From a virus, in IMG/VR virus record IMGVR_UViG_3300002243_000002, positions 1 to 64,000 of that record: 64,000 bases of DNA; one strand, given 5' to 3'. The translations under genes and the position numbers were made by a program. Within the stretch, counting starts at the first letter, position 1, and each line of letters starts with the position of its first letter. This document shows positions 10,208 to 19,121 of this stretch, piece after piece. A model generated the notes under the pieces. It did no database searches, had not been told where the DNA came from, and saw nothing but the letters and a program-made list of their open reading frames with translations.

Positions 10208-10912
10208 TCACGCCACCTCTTCCAGGTACCCCTCGAAGCGGAGCAGGTGCACCCCATTTATCTTCGAGACATTGATTCTGTGGTCCAGCCGGATGGGGCC
10301 GTTCGTGTGCGGTTCCCGTAATGTATAGAGTAGTACTCCATCCAGGTAGACTCGGAGGACGAAACGGGCTCCAAGTAGCCGGATCGTAGCTGCGGGTGCT
10401 GCCTCGTCGACCACGGCGACAGCGGGCTCGAGCACAGCAACCCGTCCGTTTGCGAGTTCTCCAGGTCCAGGAACAGCCTTCACGATGCCCTGGTCCATGG
10501 GTACCGCAGACACGCGAAGGTCCCCATTGTTCAGCCCGGTACCAGACACACGCAGCACTCGGTGGATCATGTCCTCCGTGAATGCCGCGGTTCCAAGCAC
10601 AACTCCGAGGAGAGCATCTCCAGCTGCGACCAGGTTCCCACTTTTGAATTCACAGGCCCCCGAGAGGAGAGTCTGCGGTAGCAGCGGCGTGACGGTTCCT
10701 TCCACCGAGAAGGAAAGGAAGTCCCTCCCAGAGACATCGAAGTTCTGCTCGACAGAGACCGTGTCTCCAATGTTCAGCAGCCGAACGGGTTGCGCATCCA
10801 GAGCTCCATCGAAGCCCAGGATGTAAGCGTAGTCGCCCTCGGTTGCTGAGCTGAAGGGCGGCTCCACTCTTCCCTGGGCAACCCCAGGATCTGTCCAGAA
10901 CGGGGAGGCCAT
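10208..10912 (-). CDS. hypothetical baseplate-module protein
   Basis: 234-aa ORF. Its ATG shares 1 nt with the upstream TAA (TAATG at 10910-10914). Beta-rich, with no recognisable motif. Confidence 0.5.
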   Translation of the reverse strand: MASPFWTDPGVAQGRVEPPFSSATEGDYAYILGFDGALDAQPVRLLNIGDTVSVEQNFDVSGRDFLSFSVEGTVTPLLPQTLLSGACEFKSGNLVAAGDALLGVVLGTAAFTEDMIHRVLRVSGTGLNNGDLRVSAVPMDQGIVKAVPGPGELANGRVAVLEPAVAVVDEAAPAATIRLLGARFVLRVYLDGVLLYTLREPHTNGPIRLDHRINVSKINGVHLLRFEGYLEEVA

Positions 10913-11610
10913 TATGGATTCAGCTGTCTTGCGATCCTGACGTAGTCGAACAGGGAAGCTCGCGCTGCCACCTCGGAGTACACACCGATTCCGAAGTAAT
11001 AGCCTCCGGTGGTCGGCACGGTTCCAGAGAGAATGCCGAGCGAGTCGTCCACGTACATGGACATGCCCGAGATGGCCACCCAGGTCGGAGCCGATGGCAA
11101 ATGCGCGGTGAGGTCGTTCGCGTAGACGTTGAGGACCACATCTCCCTGTGGATTGAGGATGAGCTCGAACTTCAGATGGTGATACTGCGCCGTCGAGAAG
11201 GCTTGATCCGAGACGCGCAGCTTCCCGGAATCCGTAGAGAGCAGGTTCTCCTTGATGGTGCCTTTCTTGAGCACGATCTTGTAGGCTGCTTCATCGGAAA
11301 GGCCAAGGATGTACCCGATCGCCGTATTGAGGTTTGCCGCATTGGCGAAGAAAATCATTGGGGCGTATCCGCTCCCGGACGAGTACCTCTTCAGGATCGC
11401 TTCGATGATCCCGCCCTTGTTGGCCAGCGTAGGCGAGAAGTTCGCCTGGACAGGATGCATCGCAACGGCTCCTGCTGTTGCCAGCAGGGAGTGAAACCCA
11501 AAGAGGAAGTATCCTTCGGGCGGTAGAAGTGCCGGGGCCATCGTCACCCCACGACGAATGACACCTGCTGCAAGAGAGTTCGTGAAATCTGCCCAATCTA
11601 CTTCGGCCAT
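10912..11610 (-). CDS. baseplate-module protein, paralogue B of a tandem pair
   Basis: 232 aa. Shares roughly 30% of positions by eye with the upstream 233-aa ORF, in conserved blocks: MAE.DW, GFH.L, F.P...NKGG.I...LK.Y, GY.LGLS, Y.I.LK.G, QGDV.L, PSAP, DD.LGIL.GT, DY....RQ..P. Confidence 0.55.
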   Translation of the reverse strand: MAEVDWADFTNSLAAGVIRRGVTMAPALLPPEGYFLFGFHSLLATAGAVAMHPVQANFSPTLANKGGIIEAILKRYSSGSGYAPMIFFANAANLNTAIGYILGLSDEAAYKIVLKKGTIKENLLSTDSGKLRVSDQAFSTAQYHHLKFELILNPQGDVVLNVYANDLTAHLPSAPTWVAISGMSMYVDDSLGILSGTVPTTGGYYFGIGVYSEVAARASLFDYVRIARQLNP

Positions 11611-11630
11611 CTTTGACTCTCCAAGCGTGC

Positions 11631-12332
11631 CTATGGCGATGTTTGCCGTCCAACGACTGCATAATCTGCTACTGCGATTCGTCCAGATCCACCATTATTG
11701 TGGAAGCCAACGCCGACGTAAAAATCCCCCGTGATACCCGGGGTCCCTCGGAGGATTCCAAGACGATCATCGATGTACTCAGGAATCCCTGTAATCGGAC
11801 CCAGAGAGGGAGCAGAGGGAACAATAGGATCATTCTGATCTATCTGCGCAATGAGTGAAACATCTCCTTGTGCGTAGACTTTCACTGCCAATTCCAGATT
11901 TACCCATGAATTGTTATTGAAGAAAGCGTTCGATTCGTAGATATTGTCGTCATCTCCCTCGAACAAGCCAGCGCCGATGGGGCCCCGCTTCAGGATGATG
12001 TTGTAAGGGTAACCATTGCTGAGTCCAAGAAGATACCCAGGAGCACTCGTGGACTTCCCAGAGATCATGAACAGGAACACGGAGTAGTCAGGAAGCTGCG
12101 TGTACTTTTTCAGACAGCAGCGAATGAGGCCTCCTTTGGAGTTCGAGATGGGGTTGAAGGCTGTCGTGCCGACGATGATCCCTGCTGCTCCTACCACGGG
12201 GGTGAGCGCATGGAAGCCATAGACATTGCTTCCAGACCTCGGATCGAAGATAGCAGCATCATGATATCCCTGCGAGACCATGGACGAGTCCGCTGCGCCT
12301 ACGGTAATGAGCTCCCAATCAATCTCAGCCAT
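11631..12332 (-). CDS. baseplate-module protein, paralogue A of a tandem pair
   Basis: 233 aa, with the same conserved blocks as 10912-11610. Its ATG shares 1 nt with the upstream TGA at 12332. Confidence 0.55.
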   Translation of the reverse strand: MAEIDWELITVGAADSSMVSQGYHDAAIFDPRSGSNVYGFHALTPVVGAAGIIVGTTAFNPISNSKGGLIRCCLKKYTQLPDYSVFLFMISGKSTSAPGYLLGLSNGYPYNIILKRGPIGAGLFEGDDDNIYESNAFFNNNSWVNLELAVKVYAQGDVSLIAQIDQNDPIVPSAPSLGPITGIPEYIDDRLGILRGTPGITGDFYVGVGFHNNGGSGRIAVADYAVVGRQTSP

Positions 12333-12934
12333 CAGAACACCATCTTGGAGGTCCAGGTTTCAAAATCCTCGAAAGCATTTGCGCCGCCATCGAATAATGC
12401 CAGCGTTGTCACGAGCGGACTTGGAAGCGCAGTTTGATTCCATTCCTCCTCAAAGTCCTCGAGCGGCTCCGGAGCGACAACACCGAAGATTGCATAAGAG
12501 ACGTCACCAGATACGAAAGCTGTTATAAAATCTTCATTGTTATCCCAGCCTCCCTCGAAATCCTCTCGAGACTTCACACCCGGGGAGAAAACATAATCCT
12601 CTAAAGCATCAGCCTCCAGTGTTGTTACACTGAGCTGGTTGTAGTTGATTATATAACCAAGTGGATTAGTACTAGGAAGCATCCATGAGTACTCAAACGA
12701 TTCGAGATCATCTGTGCCGCCCTCGAACAGAGCCTGTTCTACGTCGGCCAGCGCGAAAATGAGCTTTGAAAGCTCGTTGAAGAGCCATCCGTACTCGAAA
12801 TCCTCATATGGGGTCTCCCTTCCACCAGCGACGCCGAAGATTGCAACGTCTTCTGCTCCAACATCTCTCGCTGAGGTCCAGCTCGCTGCGAGCCCGGCCG
12901 AGGCACCGGCTATTTCGAAGCTGTTATTCGACAA
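12332..12934 (-). CDS. acidic repeat protein (five EDFE-x-x-W-type repeats)
   Basis: 200 aa and strongly acidic. Repeats: YEDFEYGW, LESFEYSW, REDFEGGW, LEDFEEEW, FEDFETWT. Also a duplicated AIFGV(A/V) element. It lies immediately after the gpJ-like gene. Confidence 0.55.
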   Translation of the reverse strand: MSNNSFEIAGASAGLAASWTSARDVGAEDVAIFGVAGGRETPYEDFEYGWLFNELSKLIFALADVEQALFEGGTDDLESFEYSWMLPSTNPLGYIINYNQLSVTTLEADALEDYVFSPGVKSREDFEGGWDNNEDFITAFVSGDVSYAIFGVVAPEPLEDFEEEWNQTALPSPLVTTLALFDGGANAFEDFETWTSKMVF

Positions 12935-12944
12935 CGGAGGTCCT

Positions 12945-14585
12945 CTATATCTCTGCTCCGGAATTATCCATGTCGTGCACCGTGACTGTGCCGAGTACCG
13001 GCCACTCTGATGGCCCGAGCGTCACAGAAGCTAGAGCTCCATTGAGTAGCATGCTCTGCGCTCCCGGAGGGATCATCCTGACACCTGCTGCGTCTCGGAT
13101 AACATTGAGGATGCCGGAGTACGCAAGCAGATAATCCGGTGTGCCGTCGTAGTCCAAGTATTCCGTCCCGAAGGCCATCTCAGAATTGGGCTGACCGTCC
13201 CGCGAACTTCCATTACTGTCCTTGTCGCTCTCACCAAGCAGTACAGCAAAGAAATCCTCGATTGCGGCGTCGATGTTCGTCCTGACTGTAGCAGCTAGAT
13301 AGCCACTGGACTTGTAAATCCAGACTTCGATGTTCACCACCTTCTCCGGAGCGCCGAGTACGTCAACCCGGAACCCCATATGGCGTGGATAGGCTCCCGT
13401 ATCCCGCTCGTAGAGCGCCTCGACCTCTGAGATCAACGAGGCGGCGACCGTACCAGTTGGTGTCCTACCGGAATTCAGCCTCGTACCCTTCGCGATGAGA
13501 AGCAGCTGCCCGTAGTTCTCCGCGAGGCTCGAATCGTGGTTTGAGGTGATGAGCTTGGCTCGAGCCACACCAGCAATCCTCAGTGCCGCCGTCTCGTAAT
13601 CATCGTCGGTGATGCAGCGCTTGTTGGTACGAATGGCCAGTGGCATCAGGACTCGAGCCTCTCCTACGGTTTCCTGATCGACCGCGGAGGTCGAAGCTGC
13701 CGTGTTCACGAATTCTAGTTGGACTGGCTGCCCAGTCTCGTCGAGGATCAGATCTTGAATCTGCCAGCTCGAGCTGGCCGGCACGACAGAAGTCGTTCCT
13801 CCACCGATCTTGTATTCGAAATCGATGGTACCCGTCGGTTTGGCTCCATAGATCCCATTTCCGAATCGAATGGAAAGCCGCCCCTTGTGATCGATCATCG
13901 CCACGAAGCAGCGAGTATCCGCCGTGACTGGCTGGCCGTTCGAACGTAGACCCATGAAGGACTGAACAGCCTCGAAGACTCCATTTCCTGCGGTGACCGA
14001 GACGATAGGATTGCCCGAAGCGTCTGCAACGCAAGGGCTCTGTGTGAGGAGCAGCTCCTGATTCGGGTCATCGGTTGCGGAGAAAGATTCTGTGTAGAGC
14101 TGCGCGCCCTCCATCTCCGTGGTTGCCACGCCGTTCGAGCCGGCTGGGATCTCCAGGGCGACTGCACCGTAGTAGCGGAAGGTCACCGGGTTCTCGGAAT
14201 CCGCGAGGACGATACGAGCTCCAGGTTGGATGAACACCGCCTTGGAAGAAGTACCCGAGTTGGGAAATCGGAAGGTGCCTCCCAGCGTCGGGATGGTAGC
14301 TTCCCGCAGAGCGTACTGGTGAAGCCGACCTTTCCGAATCGCCGTGAGCCGATCGGTGAGCGTGGCCAGCCACCACTGGCGAGACCTCTCCTCCATCATG
14401 AAGCGGAGGATGTCCGCCTTCATGGCAGACCCTTCGAGGATCAAGTTCTCCGGGAAGCAGGGGGAGTAGTCCACCCAGTCCGGGTTGATCTGCGTGAAGA
14501 GCATCTGCTCCCGAAGCAGCATGTCTTCCCGGATGAGCTGCGTGAAGTCGTAGATGCTCGTCGGCAGCAGTGGTAGAACTGGCAT
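12945..14585 (-). CDS. baseplate wedge protein, P2 gpJ / T4 gp6-like (Baseplate_J)
   Basis: 546 aa, directly downstream of the gp25-like gene. The core resembles Baseplate_J (ITDDDYETAALRIAGVARAKLITSN...). Confidence 0.7.
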   Translation of the reverse strand: MPVLPLLPTSIYDFTQLIREDMLLREQMLFTQINPDWVDYSPCFPENLILEGSAMKADILRFMMEERSRQWWLATLTDRLTAIRKGRLHQYALREATIPTLGGTFRFPNSGTSSKAVFIQPGARIVLADSENPVTFRYYGAVALEIPAGSNGVATTEMEGAQLYTESFSATDDPNQELLLTQSPCVADASGNPIVSVTAGNGVFEAVQSFMGLRSNGQPVTADTRCFVAMIDHKGRLSIRFGNGIYGAKPTGTIDFEYKIGGGTTSVVPASSSWQIQDLILDETGQPVQLEFVNTAASTSAVDQETVGEARVLMPLAIRTNKRCITDDDYETAALRIAGVARAKLITSNHDSSLAENYGQLLLIAKGTRLNSGRTPTGTVAASLISEVEALYERDTGAYPRHMGFRVDVLGAPEKVVNIEVWIYKSSGYLAATVRTNIDAAIEDFFAVLLGESDKDSNGSSRDGQPNSEMAFGTEYLDYDGTPDYLLAYSGILNVIRDAAGVRMIPPGAQSMLLNGALASVTLGPSEWPVLGTVTVHDMDNSGAEI

Positions 14586-14588
14586 CTT

Positions 14589-14990
14589 TTACACCATCAC
14601 GAGCGTTTCAACGACCTTCGGCTCAGCCGTCTCCCGCCTGAACTGGGAAGGCGGCCAGTACCAAGACACGAGGATCCCGAGCCGCTCCTGATCCGGTGGG
14701 GCATCAACGCTGATCCCAACGAAATTGATGTAGGGAATCCAGGTAGCGATGGCCCCCGCCAACAGAGCCTCGAGTGCAGCGACGGCTTCATCCGTCACGC
14801 CCTGCGTGCGGAGCTCGTCAATGAGCCAACCGAAGCTCGGAGCCCAGGGAAGGTCCTTCTGCTTGATCGTCAGGAGGGAATGCAAAGCTGTCGCAACCCG
14901 AGACTGCATCGTGCCACGACGCCAGCCCTGTCCCACCCGCTGCAGTGGCAGCAAGCAGTTCTGCATTTTCGCTGGGTTGCCGTCGTGCAC
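14589..14990 (-). CDS. baseplate wedge protein, gp25 / gpW-like
   Basis: About 110-133 aa. Pattern LPWAPSFGWLIDELRTQ...LLAGAIATWIPYINFVGISVD fits the GPW_gp25 family. The start is uncertain: GTG at 14990 with AGGA upstream, or ATG at 14966 or 14909. Confidence 0.6.
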   Translation of the reverse strand: MHDGNPAKMQNCLLPLQRVGQGWRRGTMQSRVATALHSLLTIKQKDLPWAPSFGWLIDELRTQGVTDEAVAALEALLAGAIATWIPYINFVGISVDAPPDQERLGILVSWYWPPSQFRRETAEPKVVETLVMV

Positions 14991-15031
14991 GATTCACATC
15001 CTACACTCTGGATCAGGTACCTCGCGAGTCT

Positions 15032-15970
15032 TTAAAAGAAGGACGTTTCCGGAACAGAAATCTCCTGTTTATTTGCGGACTTTCCCACCAGCGGCGCCAG
15101 GAAATTGTAGACTGTCACGCCCGCGTTGTAGCTCTGCACCATGGAGATGAGCAACCACCCGAGTGCCGGCAGGTATGCAGACACCCAATCCTCCATGTCG
15201 CCCGCGCTCTTCACGAGGTGGCTCTGAGCCTCTGCCCAGAGCCGCTGCTTCGTGGGCAGGTAGCTTGGAAGTGCAGGGATCGCATCGCCTGCTGCCAGTG
15301 CTGCAAAGGCATCGATGAAGTACTCTCCCATGGCCGTTGAGACCTCATCTGCGTCGGTCAGCCTAGGATCTGGCATGTACTCGGCGAGGATCTTCATCAG
15401 CGGTGCAATGAGCGGGGAGATCATCAGCATGAGCGGAGCCATATTCCGCAACTGCATCTGCATGTCTCCCACGGAGCAGCGGATGATGAGTTCCAGATCT
15501 GTGTTGCCCCGCAGCCTCGCAGCAGTGAGACTCGACTTCATCCTCGCGAGCTTGGCATTACACTCGACGATGAAGGACAGCGCTTCCCGCATCACGCTCA
15601 TGACGTAGTCGATCACGTCGAGCATGGTTAGAATCCACGCCAGCGGTGGGAAGCGCTTGAGCAGAATCAACATAGCTTTCTGCAGATTCTTCAAGCAATC
15701 GAAGACAGGCTTTGGTGAGAGTGAGGAGATCGCCTGTGGGATGGCTCGCATGCACTTGTAGGTTGCCATCACCGCTTCGAGCAGCTCGAGGTATCCGATG
15801 ATCGGTGCCATCTGAGCTGCCACGATATCCTGAAATTGCACCAGGTACGTCCCAAGATCTGGCAGCTGATCGAAGGCGGCCCTCGCCTTCGTGATCGCAC
15901 CGATCTGCGGGATGTTGATGCTCGGCGGCTCGGCTGGCGCCTCGAGCGGCAGGCAGGCGATGAGCGTCAT
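15032..15970 (-). CDS. helical, Met/Leu-rich protein of unknown function between spike and gp25-like genes
   Basis: 312-aa ORF overlapping the spike gene by 4 nt. Composition is strongly helical (many A, L, M, I). No motif recognised. Confidence 0.5.
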   Translation of the reverse strand: MTLIACLPLEAPAEPPSINIPQIGAITKARAAFDQLPDLGTYLVQFQDIVAAQMAPIIGYLELLEAVMATYKCMRAIPQAISSLSPKPVFDCLKNLQKAMLILLKRFPPLAWILTMLDVIDYVMSVMREALSFIVECNAKLARMKSSLTAARLRGNTDLELIIRCSVGDMQMQLRNMAPLMLMISPLIAPLMKILAEYMPDPRLTDADEVSTAMGEYFIDAFAALAAGDAIPALPSYLPTKQRLWAEAQSHLVKSAGDMEDWVSAYLPALGWLLISMVQSYNAGVTVYNFLAPLVGKSANKQEISVPETSFF

Positions 15971-16596
15971 GTCTGTACCTTCGATCCGCCCGTCTGCAAC
16001 CTACCGTTGATCAACACCCTGGGAGCGTCGATGTGAATGGAGCCCTTTGAGTAGAGCTGCAGCTGCGTCTCAGCTTCGATCGCGATGTTCACTGCTTTTC
16101 CAGAGGCGCCGTCCGAAGCCATGATACGAATGGTTGCTCCGGTCTCCTTCTCCTGCAGAACGAGTTCTCGCGTTCCGGCTGCTCCACTGACCGGCATCGT
16201 GTCCGTGACATAAATGAGGAAGGTATCGTCCTCGTGAAGCACCGCCGTGTAAGGAGCCTCTTCCGAGCTCGCCAAGAGATATGGAGTCGGTGCTGCAGTG
16301 ACTCCATTGATGGTGCCTGCCGCTCCAGGAAGCCAGAAAGCTCCGAGCTCCGGATCTGCCATGAGGAAGAACAGGATGACTGGCGTCCCTACACGAACCG
16401 GGAATGCACGGCCCCGTTGTGGTGTAGGACTATTCGCCCAACCCGCTGGCCAGCACCAGTAAGGCGTTCCAGGAGGATCGTCGAAGACGCCAGGGATGAT
16501 CGCTCGGATGCGTCCAGAGTTTGTAGGGTCTGTAACATCATGAGCATAGCCTGGCCACGCTCCTGGATACTGACCTACCGCTGGAGGTGCAGGCAT
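15967..16596 (-). CDS. baseplate central spike, gpV / gp5-VgrG OB-fold type
   Basis: 209 aa. N-terminus GYAHDVTDPTNSGRIRAIIPGVF...YWCWPAG and FPVRVGTPVILFFLMADPELGAFWLPG match the spike OB-fold pattern (G.V.dv.DP...GRvrv..P...W..P...P.vG..V.v.F..gD...P). The C-terminus looks like a beta-helix. Confidence 0.65.
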   Translation of the reverse strand: MPAPPAVGQYPGAWPGYAHDVTDPTNSGRIRAIIPGVFDDPPGTPYWCWPAGWANSPTPQRGRAFPVRVGTPVILFFLMADPELGAFWLPGAAGTINGVTAAPTPYLLASSEEAPYTAVLHEDDTFLIYVTDTMPVSGAAGTRELVLQEKETGATIRIMASDGASGKAVNIAIEAETQLQLYSKGSIHIDAPRVLINGRLQTGGSKVQT

Positions 16597-16597
16597 C

Positions 16598-18043
16598 TTA
16601 TCGGTTCCTCAATGGAGTTAAACCCCGTGTTGCTAATATGGCCGTGTTCTCGGAGGTACCTGTCACCGCAGCAGCCTGGTTGGCTATCATGGCCAGCGTA
16701 ACCCTCGCGTTGCTTGCCGCGATCTTCGGAGGATTCTGAAGAGTCAAAACGGTCTTGTATTCTCTGGGCTTTCCACTCATATCATGCTCGGCTTGCTCCA
16801 CAAACCAAGTGGCATCCACGAGTGGATTTCCTGTACCAGACATCTGTATCAGATCTGCAGCTAGCACCCTCGGATTACCAACCACCGTGAGCGTCAACCT
16901 GATAGCGTTCTCATGTCGATGAACGAAACGAGCGATAGCACGCGCACTGGCTTCCTGAATTCCTACAGGCAAAATCTCCGTGTTGAAGATGTTCGCCTTG
17001 CGCTCCGAAGCCCCAGCGCTCTTATCATTCCGGAAGGCTAGCACACCTCCACCACCCGTGGTTCCAGTTGCGGCAGCAGATACATTGTGGATGTGCAATA
17101 ACCTAGTATGTGGATCGTAGCCTTTGGCAATGACGGTGGAAGGAACAGGAAGCCTAAAATCACATTCTATCTTTAGATCCAGAGTATCAATTCCCGCCGT
17201 GTACGAGAAGGTATCTCGTATCTTCTTACTCCCAGAGCCGCCCCAATTCTTCGAGTGGAAATGAAACCCGTGAGCATCGATCTTATAGAACCAGCCTAGA
17301 CGTCGAGCCCAACGCTCGATCCAGCTGCCGTAAGTCTCCCCAGAAGGTATAACAACACCATTTGGGGATCTCTCTATCGTAGAAGAATCCTCTATCAGAA
17401 GGTAATCGGAGTCGAATCCACAGAGATCGGCAATAATCTCCACAGCAGCGGAGACGCATTTCGCTTCCGGAAAGGACTTGCGCTGCTCCGATGGAGAATG
17501 CAACAGTATCTCAAAGTTTGTGACGGAGCTCGTAGATCCGAGCTCGGAAGACTTTGGGCGCCCGCTGCTACTCCGTGCCTTCACCTTCGGATAAGGATTC
17601 TTGGATTTGGATGCACCTCCCGAGCCCTGACCGGGCATCTTTGGCGTACGGGAGATGTTACGCCCGGTTCGAGGTGCGGGCGCGTTCCTGTTGCGACCAG
17701 TCAGCTCGATGGTCGAAGCATCATCACGAACTGGAGGGTCTGTCTTCCCGTAGACACCTACACTTCCAGAGAGAGCTGTCATGACAAATGCTCGCCAGGG
17801 CGTGAGCGCGCCCGCGTAGCCAAACTGCATGAGGACAGAGAGCCCCGTCGCCATGTTCTGCAGCCGCGTGAGCTCCCCATCTCCATTGAAGAGCGTCCAC
17901 CGAACCTCGTCGAAACGCTTCGCCCGATCGATGTACCGGAAGGAGATCGTTCGTTCCAGGAGTTCCTCAGAGCTTATGCTTCCACTACGAATCACATGGA
18001 ATGCCAGCTGCGGATCCCAGGTGTTATAGCGTTCCGAAGCCAT
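16598..18043 (-). CDS. baseplate hub protein, late-control gpD / gp27-like
   Basis: Track ORF trimmed to the ATG at 18043 (MASERYNTWDPQ...), which shares 1 nt with the upstream TGA. 481 aa. N-terminal pattern FRYIDRAKRFDEVRWTLFNGDGELT...LMQFGYAG resembles gpD-family hubs. Contains a basic low-complexity insert (GRNRNAPAPRTGRN...KSKNPYPKVKARSSSGRPK). Confidence 0.55.
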   Translation of the reverse strand: MASERYNTWDPQLAFHVIRSGSISSEELLERTISFRYIDRAKRFDEVRWTLFNGDGELTRLQNMATGLSVLMQFGYAGALTPWRAFVMTALSGSVGVYGKTDPPVRDDASTIELTGRNRNAPAPRTGRNISRTPKMPGQGSGGASKSKNPYPKVKARSSSGRPKSSELGSTSSVTNFEILLHSPSEQRKSFPEAKCVSAAVEIIADLCGFDSDYLLIEDSSTIERSPNGVVIPSGETYGSWIERWARRLGWFYKIDAHGFHFHSKNWGGSGSKKIRDTFSYTAGIDTLDLKIECDFRLPVPSTVIAKGYDPHTRLLHIHNVSAAATGTTGGGGVLAFRNDKSAGASERKANIFNTEILPVGIQEASARAIARFVHRHENAIRLTLTVVGNPRVLAADLIQMSGTGNPLVDATWFVEQAEHDMSGKPREYKTVLTLQNPPKIAASNARVTLAMIANQAAAVTGTSENTAILATRGLTPLRNR

Positions 18044-18402
18044 CAGAGAGCCGGTGCGTCCATGAGTGAGGCCGCTTTGATCTGCTCGATCCAATCCATC
18101 GAAGGAATGAGTACAACCTCCTCAGCTGGAAGCGGAAGCAACGGATTCTGAATCGGCGCCGGTTGGAAGAGCGCAATGTAAGGCCAGTAGTCCAGCGGGT
18201 TTGAAACGATCTGTCCATAGTACAAGATCGCCAAATCCCACACACGCTCCTGCCCCGTCGCGTAGTGAGCAATGGTGTCCTCTCGCTCCTGGAATCTCGG
18301 ACGCTCGGGCACGAGAAAGAACATGCGTCCAAGATCGTCCTTCACCGCATCTGCATGCAGGTACTCCCAAGACGCATCAACTTGTTGGACCGTAGCTGCC
18401 AT
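18043..18402 (-). CDS. tail protein X-like (LysM-type) protein
   Basis: 119 aa, placed between the tube-fold protein and the hub as in P2 gpX or eCIS LysM proteins. The segment HYATGQERVWDLAILYYGQIVSNPLDYW...LPAEEVVLIPS fits a LysM-like pattern. Confidence 0.45.
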   Translation of the reverse strand: MAATVQQVDASWEYLHADAVKDDLGRMFFLVPERPRFQEREDTIAHYATGQERVWDLAILYYGQIVSNPLDYWPYIALFQPAPIQNPLLPLPAEEVVLIPSMDWIEQIKAASLMDAPAL

Positions 18403-18487
18403 TTTATTTCTCTTGACAGATGCTCGTTTTCACCTGTACCCTACGGGTGGGCCGGGGGTGTATGGGTGGTATGTGGGATTCTCCGCC

Positions 18488-19111
18488 TCATCCGAGGTTC
18501 GGACCCTTCCCTCGCTGTCCGAGCAATGTGCCCTTAGCCACGCCAGCCAAGGAGTGCCCCTCATCGGAGGATGCGTAGCCATACTCTCGCATTCGAGAGG
18601 CGCTCCTCATGGCTTCTCGCTTCTCAGTACATGTCAAAACGAAGGTTCCTGTTCGAGGTGGTCCAACAATTTCCGTCGTGGACCTCGCGAACCAGTGATC
18701 GTAAGAGGTTTTGACCCCCCGCACAACTACGAGCATCGTGAGCGTGTTGGGCCAGACGACCAGAAGTGGCGCTGGGGCTCGATGCTGCATGATCGGACAG
18801 AGGAACGAGTTGATCCATCCAGCGATCTTGTTCAAGCTCGTTTCTACGCCGAGCTGCTTCGCCCAAACTGCTGACCAGTAAAGTTCCAGATCGAACTTGA
18901 CTGCCTCGGTGTGCGAATAGTGTTGAATCGGATGCCCCGAGCCGATGGGGCTGAGCGATCCCACAATGGCGGCAAGCTCGATAGTGAGCTTGTTCGGGTT
19001 GAAGAGCACCTTGAGCATCTGTTGGGTCACAGAATTGATCAGTATCATCTTTGATACTGCGCCGCTAATCCCCGTGATCTGCTGAATGCTCGTGTAACCT
19101 GAGCTGGACAT
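18488..19111 (-). CDS. tube-fold protein (tube initiator / gp19-superfamily member) downstream of tape measure
   Basis: Track ORF trimmed to the ATG at 19111 (MSSSGYTSIQQ...). The motif LKVLFNPNKLTIE is typical of contractile-tail tube-family proteins. It sits directly after the tape measure gene. Confidence 0.45.
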   Translation of the reverse strand: MSSSGYTSIQQITGISGAVSKMILINSVTQQMLKVLFNPNKLTIELAAIVGSLSPIGSGHPIQHYSHTEAVKFDLELYWSAVWAKQLGVETSLNKIAGWINSFLCPIMQHRAPAPLLVVWPNTLTMLVVVRGVKTSYDHWFARSTTEIVGPPRTGTFVLTCTEKREAMRSASRMREYGYASSDEGHSLAGVAKGTLLGQRGKGPNLG

Positions 19112-19121
19112 TTGTGCTCCA

